From NCBI GenBank assembly GCA_004431415.1, contig QPMI01000709.1:186001-250000 (forward strand): a DNA stretch of 64,000 nucleotides, written 5' to 3'. Positions 39,361-51,817 of this stretch are shown here, one piece after another. Under the pieces are notes generated by a model. It had not been told where the DNA came from and made no database searches. It saw only the letters and a program-made list of their open reading frames with translations. The DNA is from Cyanophora paradoxa CCMP329. Taxonomy: Eukaryota; Plantae; Glaucophyta. Made by a program: the position numbers and the translations under genes. Positions within the stretch are counted from its first letter, which is position 1. The number at the start of each line of letters is the position of its first letter.

Positions 39361-40970
39361 ATGAAGATTGTCACGTGGAACGGTGAGCGCGCGCGTGTCG
39401 CCGCATCCTCGCTGGTTAGCTAAGCGGCGCCCAGTGAACAGCATTCGCGCCGCGGCCGAGCGCAAGAGCGTGAAGACGCTGCTCGAAGAGCTCGGCCCGG
39501 ATGCGGACATCGTGTGCATGCAGGGTGCGCCGCGCACGCATTCGGCTCCGGTGTTCGGCCTCAGGCGCTCACGCGCACCGCGCGGCGCGCAGAGACGAAG
39601 CTGAACCAGGACACCCTCACGCAGGCCATCGCCCAGGTCGAGGGCTACGAGAGCTTCTGGTCCTTCTGCAAGACGCGCAAGGGCTACAGCGGCGTCGCGA
39701 CGTACGCGAAAACGGCGACGGCGTGTCCCGTCCGCGCGAGCGCGGCGCCGCTGGGCGAGTCGCGCTTCGACGACGAGGGGCGCGTCCTCGAGACGGACCA
39801 CGGCGCGTTCGTGCTGCTCAACGTCTACTGCGTCAACGGCGGCCGTGCGAGCCCGAGCTCGAATTCGATCCGCGCCGCCGCTGATCTAATCTGATCGGCG
39901 CGCGCGCAGAGGGCCCGGCGCGGGCGCAGTTCAAGCTGGAGTTCCACGCGGCGCTCGCAAGGAGGTGCGAGCAGCTCCGCGAGGACGGGCGCGCCGTCAT
40001 CGGTGCGAGCCTACCCCCTCCAGTTTCTTCCCCCCTCCCCCTCGCCTAACGCTGTACCCGGCAGTGGCGGGCGACCTGAACATTGCGCACCGGCCTGAGG
40101 ACCTCGACGAGTTCTTCCAGAAGAACCCCAGCTCCGGTTTCCTCCCCGAGGAGCGCGCCTGGGTACCCCCGCTTCCGTTTTCTCCCCCAATCGCCCTGTA
40201 CCCCGCTGAGGGGGGTACAGATGGACGCGTTCCTGGACCCGGGTAAGGGCGGATTCCGCGACTCGTTCCGAATGCTGTACCCCGACGCGACGAAAGCGTA
40301 CTCCTTCTGGGAGACGAAGAAGTGTGAGCGCGTACCCCGTACCCCCAGGGACCGCTTCCCTGTGCCCCCCAACGCCCCCGGCAGTCCACCGGGAGTCGAA
40401 CTGCGGCTGGCGGATCGACTACGTGCTGATCTCGTCCCCCTTCGCTGAGGTACTTCTACGTACCCCCCGGGGGCCCTGAGCTTTCCGCACTGCGGTGCGT
40501 GCTTCTCTAACCTTTCTGTGCAGGAGAACCTGCTCGAGTGCTCCATCGACGCGCCCTACAAGGGCAGCGACCACGCCCCTGTACCCCCGCCCTCTTCCCC
40601 CGTCCTAGATCCGGCCTGACGCCCCATCCCCCCCCCCCCCCCTCCCCCCACCCCCTTCGCTCAGGTGATCTGCCAGCTGAGGCCGCAGCCGGCCCCGGGC
40701 CCGCCGAGGACGCCGGTCGGGACGTGGCCCTGCAGCGCGCGGTGCATCTTCAAGGGCAAGGGCGGGGAGCGGCCCATCAGCTCCTTCTTCGCGAAGCGGC
40801 CACGGCCCACAGAGCCGGCCCCGGCCCCGGCCCCGGCCCCGGCCTCGGACCCGGCCCCGGCCCCGGCGGCCCCTTCGCCGGTCCCCGCGGAGAGCGAGAA
40901 GGAGGACGGGGAGAGCGGCGGCGATTCCACGGCCGCAAAGCGGCCCAAGGGGTCCGACGGCGACGACTAG
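39361..40970 (+). CDS. ExoIII-family AP endonuclease (APE2-like)
   Basis: MKIVTWNVN, DIVCMQETK, KGYSGVATY, DDEGR, LLNVYC, GDLNIAH, GWRIDY and GSDHAP. C-terminal PIP-box-like RPISSFF. Confidence 0.92.
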
Positions 40971-41012
40971 CCGCATACATACAGCCCGGCGGCTCCGTTC
41001 CCTCGAGGCGGG

Positions 41013-43708
41013 CTAGGGCTTGGGGGGTACGCGGGCGGCGAAGTACTCCCCAAGGAACGCGAGGGAGCGCTTCGGGAGGCGGGCGAGCCCCGCGCCGTAC
41101 TCCACCCGCACCAGCCCGAACCGCTTCGAGTACCCGTCCGCCCACTCTGGCGGGCCCGCAGTGAGGCCCCCGCGGTCGCGGGGGGTACGGCGCGCGCACC
41201 GAAGTTGTCAAGGAGGCTCCAGGCGAGGTAGCCGCGGAGGTCGGTGCCCCCCGCGACGGCGGCCTCGAGCTGGGCGAGGTAGTCGCGGAAGTAGGCCACG
41301 CGGGGCCCGTCCTGCACCGCCTGCTCCGCGCCCGCCTTGTCTTCGCCCGCGACGTCCATCCCGCTCTCCGTGACCCAGACCGGCGGGCGCCCGTAGCGCT
41401 CCGTGAGCCACCCCAGCACCCGGCGGAAGCCCCACGGAACCACCAGCAGCTGCCGCCCGTCGGTAGGGGAAGAAGGAAGAGTCGTGATTGGAAATTTCAG
41501 GCCCGCGTACCCACTCCGAGTCGGCGGCGGGCCCGATGGGTACGCCGTCGCGCTCAATGACGGGTACGGCGCCCTGCGGGGATGCCCCCTTCGTGTCGTC
41601 CCGCACGTACCGGCTCGTGTAGTGGCTGCGGGGGATACGGGACCATCAGCGAGCACGCGGCCGGGGTACAGAGAGAAGTGACGTCACGCGCTTGAGGGCG
41701 AAGTAGTCGAGGGAGCCGCGGAGGGCGGCGGCCTCGTCGGGGGAGAAGCGGGGCAGGGCGGGGCCGAGGCGGGCCCGCATGGAGGCGGGGTAGTCGCCCC
41801 TGTAGGCGGGGTCCGCGAACCAGCCCGCCATGAACTCCATGTTCCGCTCCGCCGCCGCCGCGTCTGGCGCCGAGGGCGTCTGAAGAGGTAGATCCTAGAG
41901 AGTAGAGGCAGCTAGAAGCTAAGCTGCGGCTGGACCCTCGAGACACACCGGCGGAGGAGTTGGAGAAGGGCTCGCTCCAGTCCAGGTTCAGGTTCATGGA
42001 CACCTTCAGATGGGGTCAGATCGGATCTGATCGGATCGGATCTGAGCGGGCTCGGACCTTCCCGTCCGGGACGAGCGCGCGCAGCTCGCGGGCTGCCGCC
42101 GCGTGCGCGAGGAGCACACCGTGCCTGCGGCTCAGATCAGATCAGATCAGATCAAACCAGAGGTTCGAAACGTGGAGAGAATGCAGGGGCGGCGCGCCCG
42201 CAGAGCCAGGGTTCGGTGGAGGAGTTGCCCGCGGGGCAGGCGGCGCGGTCACTGCGAGGAGCCGCCGAGTCATGATCACGATCATGAGTGATCGCGAGTC
42301 TTGGAGGGGTGAAGGGGGGGGGGCGGACGAGCAGCGGCCCGGGGCGTGGATGCCCCACGCGTAGCCCAGCATGCAGAAGGTCCAGGGCTCTGAGCGCGTG
42401 CGTAGCGTACGTCAGGAAGAACGAGGGGGTGGGGGACAGTGCGAGGGGGCGGGGAGTGAGGCCTGGGGGTACGTGTGCCGACCATTGAACGTGGACCACA
42501 GCGTGACGCGGTCGCCGAGGAGGGTGAAGGCCGCGCGGGCGTACGCAGCGAAGTCACGTGCGAACTCCGCCCCTGGCGGATGAATCCATCGGGGGTACAA
42601 CGCAATCAACGGGGGGGGGGTGAACCGCCGAGGGCGCAGCCGTATCGGTCGTCCAGAGCCTGCGGGCAATCCCTGCGGGACCGTCGGGGGGTACACAAAC
42701 TGAGAGGGGGTCGGAGGGGCGCGCCAGTCTGCGGGGCGGTCAGAGGGGAAGGGGATGCAGGATCGACGGGGAGGTGGGTACGGTAGAGTGTGGCCATGGG
42801 TACGATGCCAGCCGCGAGGAGGGCGTCGACCAGGGACGAGTAGTAAGCCGCCGCGGAGGCGCTCACGGGCCCCACGCCCCCGGGGATCAGCCTGCAGGGT
42901 ACGGTCCTCGCCTCGAATGGGGGGGGGGGGTAAGGGGGTACCGGGACCAGGAGATGCTGAAGCGGAAGACCTGCCCCCCGCCGGAATCGAACCGGAGATC
43001 CGTAGAGGAGGGGGCGGGGGCGGGGCGTGGCGTGGCGGGAGGACCTGGACGCCGGCGCGCCTCATGAGCTCCACGTCCTCGCGGTACCTGCTCGGCCCGG
43101 CGGCCCGCCCGCCTCGCCTCGCCTCGCGGGGCGGAGGGAGAAGCGGGATGTGAAGTGGGATCGGGGCCCCGCACCGGTGCCTGAAGTCGCACGCCACGTC
43201 CCCGCTCTCTCCCCGCGCCACCTGCCCCGCCCCCGGGCCCGTTCGCCCCCTCGCTGTCAGCTGGGGGCGGCGCGCGCGCGCGTGCCTTGCCCGGCCGGCG
43301 GCAGAAGGTGTCCCATATCGATTCGCTGCGGTTGTCCTCCCGCCAGGCGCCTGCGGGGGCGAGCTCAGCGAGCGCAAGCGGCTTGGAGCGAGGCGGGCCG
43401 CGGTCGCGCGCCCTCCACCTGGTACGCAGCCTGCAGCAGGGCGCGCGCGCTGGTCAGGCGGCGGAGAGCCCGAGCGGGCCGCGCGAGCGAGAGGCTTGCA
43501 CCGTGGCGGTGCCCCACAGAAAGGAGGCGTCGTACGCCGCCCGGCGCTCGATCGGGGGCCACGTCGCCGGCGCCACCGCGCGGCGCCCGAGGCTGCGCGA
43601 GGAGGCGACCGCTGCCGCGAGGATCACAACCAGCACCGTCGCGAGGTGGAACCACCGCCGCTGCGGCGTCCGCGCGCCCGCCGCCGCGCCCGCCGCGGGA
43701 GGGGTCAT
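41013..43708 (-). CDS. Glycoside hydrolase family 1 (beta-glucosidase) with N-terminal signal anchor
   Basis: FLWGTATAAYQVEGA, SGDVACDFRH, FRFSISWSR, WSTFNE (acid/base), VWVTESG (nucleophile) and [23 protein letters not shown]. Confidence 0.93.
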
Positions 43709-44026
43709 GTCAATTGCAAGCGGCTCCAGCTCCAGCTCCGCGCGCGCCGGCCGATGCGCCTCGGCGAGAGCTCACAGCCTGAGTTCGCCGCGCGCTGTTG
43801 CAGAGCTGAGCCGATCGGGCCGGTACGTATGTATGCGCTGGTTGCGTCCAACAGCCGCGCGTCAAGTGTGCGTCTGCTGCTAGGTCGCGCTTGATGCTCA
43901 CGTACGTGACAGCGCACGCTGTTTGAGCAACGGGCCCGCGGCAGTTACACTGGTGGGCACTAGGCCGCATACCCCGTACCCCGGCCCGTCAGTTACTGTG
44001 AGTTACAGTACAGCTCTCGTCTCAAA

Positions 44027-44443
44027 ATGGGAGGCAAGACGGGGCATCTCAAGGTGACGGTGCGTCAGTACAAAGGATCGGTAGACCAGGAGACCCAGGA
44101 GGTGCGCGCGCGCGCGGCGCCGGAGTTTCCGATCGATATCCGTTCGGCGCTGCGGAGCCAGAGGAGTGCCCTGCTGACCGCTGAACCTTGTGGCAAACTC
44201 GTAAACGCGCAGGTTACTGAAGAAGACGCGGCCCTCGCTCTAGAGTTCGACGGACAGGCGGCTATGGCGGACGGCGTCTTCGCCTCGAGCTCGGAGGCGG
44301 TCTTCGCGGGCGCCGACGAGGCGCTCCTCGAGTCTGGCGCCGACGAGCTCCTCCAGGCTGCTTTCGAGGTCCGCCCGCGCCAGGCCAGCATGCGCGCGCA
44401 GCGCGCAGTCGTCGACGTCGACGTCACCTATAGCTATAGCTAG
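44027..44443 (+). CDS. Small acidic hypothetical protein
   Basis: ATG in an aaaATGG context; GT-AG intron ~44102-44212 with branch point. No family recognised. Confidence 0.4.
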   Translation: MGGKTGHLKVTVRQYKGSVDQETQEVRARAAPEFPIDIRSALRSQRSALLTAEPCGKLVNAQVTEEDAALALEFDGQAAMADGVFASSSEAVFAGADEALLESGADELLQAAFEVRPRQASMRAQRAVVDVDVTYSYS

Positions 44444-44989
44444 CTATAGGGCCTGCTTCTTGCATCGCGCGCGTCACCAGCAGCCTAACGCCGAAATCGA
44501 TCTCAGGCGACCAGCTATGACTTCGACTGCGACATGTGAGCTCGCGATCGAGGCGGATTCGGGGTCCGACCGTCCGGATCCGGCCGCGGCCGGGGCGCCG
44601 CGGATACGATGTGCGATTCGTACTAGTCACAGAGGACCCGGGACCGTCGGACCGTATATCGGGTTTATGTGGTACTGTGCCACGGTGCATCGATATCGAT
44701 TCGATGATCCTGCCCGCGGCGATGATTGAGATGCAAACTGTAGTAGTAGTGCGTGTATATCGTAAACATGTTGCTTGTTACAATACAAGTACCGTAGTAC
44801 ATTACATTAAATTAAACTAGACGTCTAGACGCGAGAACGCAGGCTCCCGGCCCGGCGGTTGCCGCGAGCCTGGCCTAGATGTAGATCTAGATCTGTGCCA
44901 GGCGGCGCAGCCAGCTGCAGCGCTCGGAATTACTTGCTGGCGGGTGCGGCTGCGGCGACAGAACTCGCGTCAGGGCGATCGCAAGGCGG

Positions 44990-45742
44990 TTACACAGCGT
45001 GGCGCCGGCCGCGGCCGCGGCGCCGCGTTCGCGGGATGGAAGTGGGCGCACCGGCCGCGGGGCTGCCAACGAAGAGCGAGCCGTCGGCGCGGAACTGCTC
45101 CTCGAACCCGTTGAAGCCGCCCTTCATGACCACGCTGCGCGCGGCCGCCGCCGCCGCTCGGGTTCGGCCTCGTGCGCATGCAGGGATGAAGGGCGAAGGC
45201 GCGGGCGGCGCTGGCGCGCGCACGTCTTGGTCTTGGAGGCGGGGAAGACCTCGTGCAGGGCCTTCTCGAACGCCGCCGCGCACTTCGGGCCCCTGCCCCG
45301 CACGCCCGTCAGAAAAGACGAGCCGGGCCGGCGCGGGGTGTGTGCGCACCGCTGCTTTGACAGTGCGCAGTGGAAGACGACCTGATCGTGCTCCTGCTCG
45401 CGGCGCGGCGCGTAAGAGAGCGCCCGGCGCGCGGTGGCGCGCGTGGCGGGCGCGCCTTGAACTGCTCCACGAGGGACCGAACGCTGCGAAGGGGCGGCAT
45501 CAGGCGCTGGAACGGCGCCCCTGAGATAAAAGCGACCGAACGCACTGGGACTCGAAGGACGAGGTGGGCGCGTTCACGGCGCCCTTGAGGTGCGCCTGCG
45601 CGAAGTCCTCCGGCTCCCGCACGTCGACGATGGCGACGCGCGGGGGCGGCTGCCGCACGAGCGCCGCCACGTCGCCGGCCTGCAGGCGCGGGATCTCCGG
45701 AGCTGCCTCCTCGTCGGCGTGCGCGTTCGGATTCGGGCCCAT
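44990..45742 (-). CDS. Single-domain rhodanese/CDC25-like phosphatase (ACR2 arsenate-reductase type)
   Basis: IVDVREPEDFAQAHLKGAVN, VVFHCALSKQR-GPKCA (CX5R active loop) and VMKGGFNGF. 3' end is approximate. Confidence 0.85.
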
Positions 45743-48700
45743 CGCGGCGTCGGATATCGATCGCTGTGGCGGTTACTCTTGCTGAGGCAGCTACGCGGAA
45801 AGTATACTGCTCTGCGAGAAGTCTAATGATTTAACACGAGAGCGTGCGTTTCGGCGCCTTCATGCGATTGCAACCGGACTACGGCGCACGCCGAGCTCGA
45901 GGGGGCGACAGGTGTGGCGAACGAAGTGTGGAGCGTACCCTAGCACCAGTGCTAGTGCCGCAAGACTGCCGCCCTACTAGCGGCCCTAGAGCTCGAGCTT
46001 ACGGGCGAGTCACCGCTGCAAGCCGCCGGGCGCCAGCCGCCGCGACCGGGCGCCAGCCGGCCTGGCGGACCAGGCGCGGATCGGATCATCGGATCCGGAC
46101 GTCGACCGGTACCGGTACCAGCTGCAGGCGCGCGCGGCGCCGCGCCGGCCAGCCGACGCGGCCGGGCGCCAGCGCGAGCCAGGCCTAGGTGCCGGTCCGA
46201 CGGTCCGGAAGAGAAAGCCTAAGCTAGCGAAATCTGCGAGGGGGGCCTTGTCAGATCCCTGCACCGCTCCGCCTCGCCGCGGCGCTGGGAGGCGAGCGCA
46301 CCGAGGGTACCGACGGCAGGCCGAAGGGCAGGGGTTAAAGAGGGGTGGGGGTGCGTCGGAATGGGTATGCGGTGCCGGGCTCGGCCGATCGGGGACCGAT
46401 TGGAGGCCGGCGGGCCGCGGCTGGGGGCGGGGGGAAGGGGGGCGGGGGATGGGGCCAATATATTAATGGAGGCCCAGAGCCCCGAGGCCGGACCGGAGGG
46501 GGCCGGAAGGGAGCCCGGTCAGGCGCAGGCAGGCGAGGGGGCGGCCGGGCTCCGCCGGAGGCGAAGAGGGGGCGGTCCAGAGGGGGCCTGCGGCGTAGAC
46601 GGGTACGCTCGAGCTGTGCGGGCGCGGAGCACAGCCGGCCCGGCCCGCTGCACCCAAAGCTTCGAGGAGGGAACTCGGAAGGAGCCGGGCGGCCGGGGGC
46701 GCCGCCGGCCACGAGACGAAGTCGCACTGCGTCTTCTAGGCCTGGGAAAAGCCCACCTACAAACTCATCGACAATCTGCATTACAATCTCATCCCGAGAG
46801 CCAAACAATATTTGCGGTCATTGCAAAGCGCTCGTCCTCTCCACTCACAGAGTCGAGATGTTCTGCACGCGCAGGCCATGCAGTGAGCCGGCGAGGGCCC
46901 GCGGGGCCGGCCCAGGCGACGCCGACGCACCACGGGCGCCGAGTCGAGCCTGAGCGTCCTCAGGTTGGGGAGGCGGCGGAGGGCCTCGCGCTCCGCGGGC
47001 GTCGTCGGGCGGTCGAGGTGCAGGTCGAGGTGGGCGAGGGCGCGCCGCGCGCCGTTGCTGAGAAGGAGCGCGAGGAGCGCCTCTTCGGCACGGCCGACGG
47101 ACACGTCTGTGCGCAACGGTCCGACGGTCAGAGAAGCACTGGGAAGGGTCTGCACTGCAGCATGCTTTCGGCAGGCGCACCTTCGAATTCCAGAGTCATC
47201 GCAAGCCGCGCCAGGCGGGGGAGGCGCGCGCGAGATCGAGTCCGTCAGGGCGCGAATGAAGGTCGGCGTCCGCTGGCCGCAAATAGCAAAGTAGTCGCAG
47301 AAATTGACGTGGATGAAGGCCTCGCGCAGGCTCGTCGCGCGCCCCAGGGCAGTGGCGGTCGCAGGGTCGGAGAACTCGGTCGAGAACTGGGCGGCGGCGC
47401 CCGCATCACTATCCGAGAATCTAGAGGACGCGAGCTTTCGAGTTGGTTTCGGATTCGTGATTGCGCACCCGCAGGGGCCCGACGGCCGCGAGGTTCGGCA
47501 TGCGGGCGAGGGCCGAGACGGCGCCCGGCGGGGTCGTCAGAGAGAGGTAGGAGGGCCCGCTCAAGCTCGGCCTCGGGGATTCGACCTGCCTCGGGAACTC
47601 GCCCGCCCTGCAGTCCAACCGAAATTAAACGAATGAAGTCAGCAAAACCAAAACCAGTTCGAAGGAGGGCACGCACATGAAATACCCTCTCGCGCCGATG
47701 AAATCGATGCGGCGGAGGCTCCGGCCCGCTGGGCCGCCGGCGAGCGCTGCCAGCCCGTCCGTGGCGTCGAGGCCGGACGACGAGTACTCGCAGTCGAGCA
47801 TCAGAGTGAGCTGCTGGAGGTGCGCCAGGGGGGCCAGGGCGCCCAGCGCCGCCGCATCGGCCGGGCGGAGGGCGAGCGAGCGGAGGAGGGGGCAGGCGGC
47901 GGCGACGGCGGCCGCCTCCTCCGGGCCCGCGCCGGCGTCGAGGCCGTTGAGGGAGACCGTGAGGGACGCCAGCGCGGGGAAGGGAGCGAGGGCGGCCCGC
48001 AGCTCGGCCGCCGCCGGCCACGCCAGTTCCCGCGTCTCGTCGTCGAAGCGTCGGGCCCGGCCCCCCGTGATGCCGACGCTGAGAGTCTCCAGTGCGCTGC
48101 GGCTGGGGCCGCAGCCGGCCGCCCCTCCGACCTCTGGCGGCCGCAACGCCCGCAGCGCCCCGAGCAGGAGCGCGGAGGCAAACGCCGGGTCGAGGTGGGC
48201 GCCGTTCATGACGATGCGGTCGCCTGCGATCAGCTCAACGACCACCTCCCGAAGTTGAGGCCTGGGCCGCCCCCGGCCGGCGATGAACTCCACGAGCCTG
48301 CAGGCGCACGAGGCGGCCGCCTCCGCTGCCGGGTTCAGGTCCGGGGCGTCCGGGGTGCTGGCGTCGTCCAGCTCTGCCCGCACTGCGATGCGGCAGCCGG
48401 CGGCCCCGCCGAGGCGAAGGCTCTTGATCATGAGCGAGCTGCACACGCGCTCGGCGGCGACGCCGCGCCCAGCCGGCGCCGCCTCGGCCCCGGGCTCGTC
48501 CGCGGGGCGGTCGCCGTCGCCCCTCCAGCTTAGGGGCTTGAGCCGCAGCTCGACACTCGCCCACTCCGTCTCCTCGATCACCCGCCGCCACCGGCTGCGA
48601 TCCAGTGCACAGTCAGCGACGTGGATTCACAACAGGGGATGCAGCACTGCGGCAGCGGCGCCGACGTCTCGTCCTTAGCCGTGCTTAGCTATAGCAGCGG

Positions 48701-48755
48701 CAGAAGCAGCAGGCCGCGACTAACCCAGCAGCAGCTGGGCAAGTGATTGCGCACC

Positions 48756-51700
48756 CACTAGTAAAAAGGGGTCCGAACTGATCTAATTACGATCTAATTG
48801 CGACCTAATATATTAGATCACAGTTCAGTCGGCCCGGCGATCTAATACGGATCGTATTGCAATTAGATCGGAGTTAGATCGGGGCTTGCGCCGCCTATAG
48901 CTGATAGCTGAGCCCTATAGCCTTATAGACCTATAGCCCTTAGAGCCCCTAGAGGCCCTTTTAGCCTTTTAGGTCGAGCCCGCCGCGGCGCCCGGCCCCG
49001 CGCGCCGCCCCGGCCTCCCCGCCCTAAGCTCCCCTCGAGCGCCCCTCGAGCTCATGATCATGAACACACGCTCTTGATAATTAAACAAATTACGTATGTA
49101 TGCACGTGACCCGTGCGCGTGGGCGAGAAGGCCGTTCTCAATGTGGCCGCGAGGGCGTCCCTGGCGTCCCTAGGCGCCAGATCAATCCCCGGAATGCGGG
49201 GAAGCTAAAACACGCTTGAATGCGCATTGAAGAGACATTTAAGATTATGTATAAAGCTTAAGAGCAGCGCCGTGGGCTGGAGGGCGCGCACCAGAAAAGA
49301 GCCGAGCTTCGCTGTAGCTTCGCTTGGACAGCTCGACTTCGAAATCTGGACAAGCAGAACTCGAGATCAGATGCAGAATGGTGCGAGACGAAAGAGAGCG
49401 GGCCCGTGGCAGCGATTCGGCAAAGCTCGGCAAAGCTTCCAGAAGAATGGCTCTAGCAGTGAGCTCCCGGAGCCGAGACTATGATCATTTAACTCGTATT
49501 GAAGTGCTTTATAAGCCTACGTGGTTGGCTGAAAGTCGGGTCTCCCCCCCCTAACCCCGTGGACCTGGGCGAGCTCGGCGACGTCGACTCCCTCAGCCTT
49601 AATGAAGCCGGAAAGAGCGGCGGAGAACCCGCTACCGCAAGGATCTGAGGCCAGGATCACGGCAATGCGCAGCGATTGGGGCGGTCGCGCACGGGTGCGG
49701 CCGCACGGCCGTGAAACTGCGGCGGGGATCGGCGCTCGGGCGCGGCGGGGCCACGGGCGCGGCTCGCCTGCAACAAGATCGATCGAAGATCAGTTGTAGC
49801 GCGTTCCGCATGCTCGCTGCCGCCAGGCGCTCTCGAAGGTGCAAGGAATCCGCACGCCGCCTGCCGGCCTGCGCGGAATCGCGTCAGGTCGGGCTGAAAG
49901 CATGCATATGGCGTTCTTACATAAGTTCAAGATCCTTTTGATGTAGAGCGAGGAGCTGCGCCGAACCTGTTCCCGGATGAGTGACTTCTCCCGAGGTCGG
50001 CGTAGCTGGAGAGCGCAACGGGAGCTCGCGCGGACCGATCCAGCGCACCAAGCATCCCTCGTAGCTCTCGGTGCGCTGCTGTGCGCGAGCGGCCTGCTGC
50101 GATGCCGCACTTATCGGGGGGGTGTCTGTGGAGGAGGTTGCGGCGTCCGTGGCGCTCTCGACTCGTCATAGCTAGAGCCTCCAATGCATAGCTGCGCTCG
50201 CCGCTTGTCTTGCACACCTCTAGCTAGAAGCGAGGTCTTTCAGCTGGGGTACTAGTTTGACCGGGGTACAGAAGCCGCAAATATCGGAGCCCATGCAGCC
50301 CGCCTCTGCCTTGCGCTCGCCCGCGGGCGAGCGGAACATGCGCCACCGGTCTCTCTAGTGCTTTGTGCATCTCGTATGCGCGCAGGTCGGCACGGAGAGT
50401 CGGCCGTGAGCAGATTTGACGAGTCAGGTCCGTGGCCCGCCTCCCGCGAGCTGCTGGCCACTCAGCACACTCGTTGCTCATCAGGAAGCTCTAGGAAGCG
50501 GGCAGCTTCCACGCGTAGCCCCGAACGGCGTTGTCCGCAGCCCGGCTGGTCCGATCCGCGGAACGCGGCTTTACTCGTGCTCTCGGGCGCGCTGCTGTCG
50601 CTCTGTGGGCTATTCTTGCTTATCTTATCACGCAGGAGTGCCTTACAGGCCTGCGCTCTCGCTTCCGTGGTGATCCGCGACCGCACGACCCGCTCTTCAC
50701 ACTTCCTGCAGCTGCAAGCTGCAGCACGGCGCGACTTCGCCTCGCGATCCTCGATGAAGGTACGCGCTCCTCCCGGCCGGCCGCTCGCCGGAGCCCGATC
50801 CACGCCGGGGCCCGCTCGCCCTCTCTGACTCGCGGCCCCAGATTTTGCCTGCCTCGAGGCGTGCAGCCCCGCGCGACTTCGCCTCGCGATCCTCGATGAA
50901 GGTACGCGCTCCTCCCGGCCGGCCGCTCGCCGGAGCCCGATCCCCACCGGGGCCCGCTCGCCCTCTCTGACTCGCGGCCCAGATCTTTGCCTGCCTCGAG
51001 GCGCGCAGCCCCGCGCGACTTCGCCTCGCGATCCTCGATGAAGGTACGCGCTCCTCCCGGCCGGCCGCTCGTCGGAGCCCGATCCACGCCGGGGCCCGCT
51101 CGCCCTCTCTGACTCGCGGCCCAGATCTTTGCCTGCCTCGAGGCGCGCAGCCCCGCGCGACTTCGCCTCGCGATCCTCGATGAAGGTACGCGCTCCTCCC
51201 GGCCGGCCGCTCGCCGGAGCCCGATCCCCACCGGGGCCCGCTCGCCCTCTCTGACTCGCGGCCCAGATCTTTGCCTGCCTCGAGGCGCGCAGCCCCGCGC
51301 GACTTCGCCTCGCGATCCTCGATGAAGGTAAGCGCTCCTCCCGGCCGGCCGCTCGCCGGAGCCCGATCCACGCCGGGGCCCGCTCGCCCTCTCTGACTCG
51401 CAGCCCCAGATCTCGCATGCTTGGCGGGCCTGGCGGCGGGGCGGGCGACTTGCGGCGCAAGCTCAGCAATACGAAGTTCGATGTGGATGCGCATTGGCCG
51501 CCGCCGCCATATCTTTCTCCCTCCAGCTCTCCTTCCCTTCCCCTCTCTGCTTCCCTGCTGCCTAGATAGTTGTATAATGCGAGTGATCTGATTGCTACAT
51601 GCGCAAGGGTGGAGCGGCGGGGGGCGGGCGGGGGCGGCGGGGGCCCGCGGTCGGCGGCCCCGGATCTAACTGCGACCTAATTGAGACCTAATTGCAGTTA

Positions 51701-51817
51701 GATCGCAATTTGGTCCTTACGCCCATTTTTAGGTCGCAATTAGATCGGGGGCCGATCTAATATATTAGGTCTCAGTTAGGTCGTAATTAGATCAGTTCGG
51801 ACCCCTTTTTACTAGTG
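48756..51817. mobile_element. Non-autonomous CACTA (En/Spm) DNA transposon, 3062 bp
   Basis: Perfect 37-bp terminal inverted repeats (CACTAGTAAAAAGGGGTCCGAACTGATCTAATTACGA) at 48756-48792 and 51781-51817. 3-bp target-site duplication ACC at 48753-48755 and 51818-51820. Many subterminal GA(T/C)CTAAT repeats. No transposase recognised. Confidence 0.95.
50729..51412 (+). repeat. 142-bp tandem repeat (~4.8 copies) inside the CACTA element
   Basis: GCGACTTCGCCTCGCG recurs at 50731, 50873, 51015, 51157 and 51299. Variants GATCCACGCC and GATCCCCACC alternate. Confidence 0.95.

Noticed and set aside
13497-43708. Sugar-metabolism gene cluster (LicD, G1PDH, methyltransferase, class II aldolase, GH1) reminiscent of the Bacillus ara operon
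   Set aside because: The genes are interspersed with unrelated housekeeping genes over 30 kb; nothing in the sequence supports co-regulation.
49200-50700. Transposase within the CACTA element
   Set aside because: Only short ORFs with no TnpD/Transposase_21-like motifs that I can recognise.
50729-51412. Regular repeat array as a possible CRISPR
   Set aside because: Contiguous 142-bp units with no unique spacers, no cas genes, eukaryotic context.
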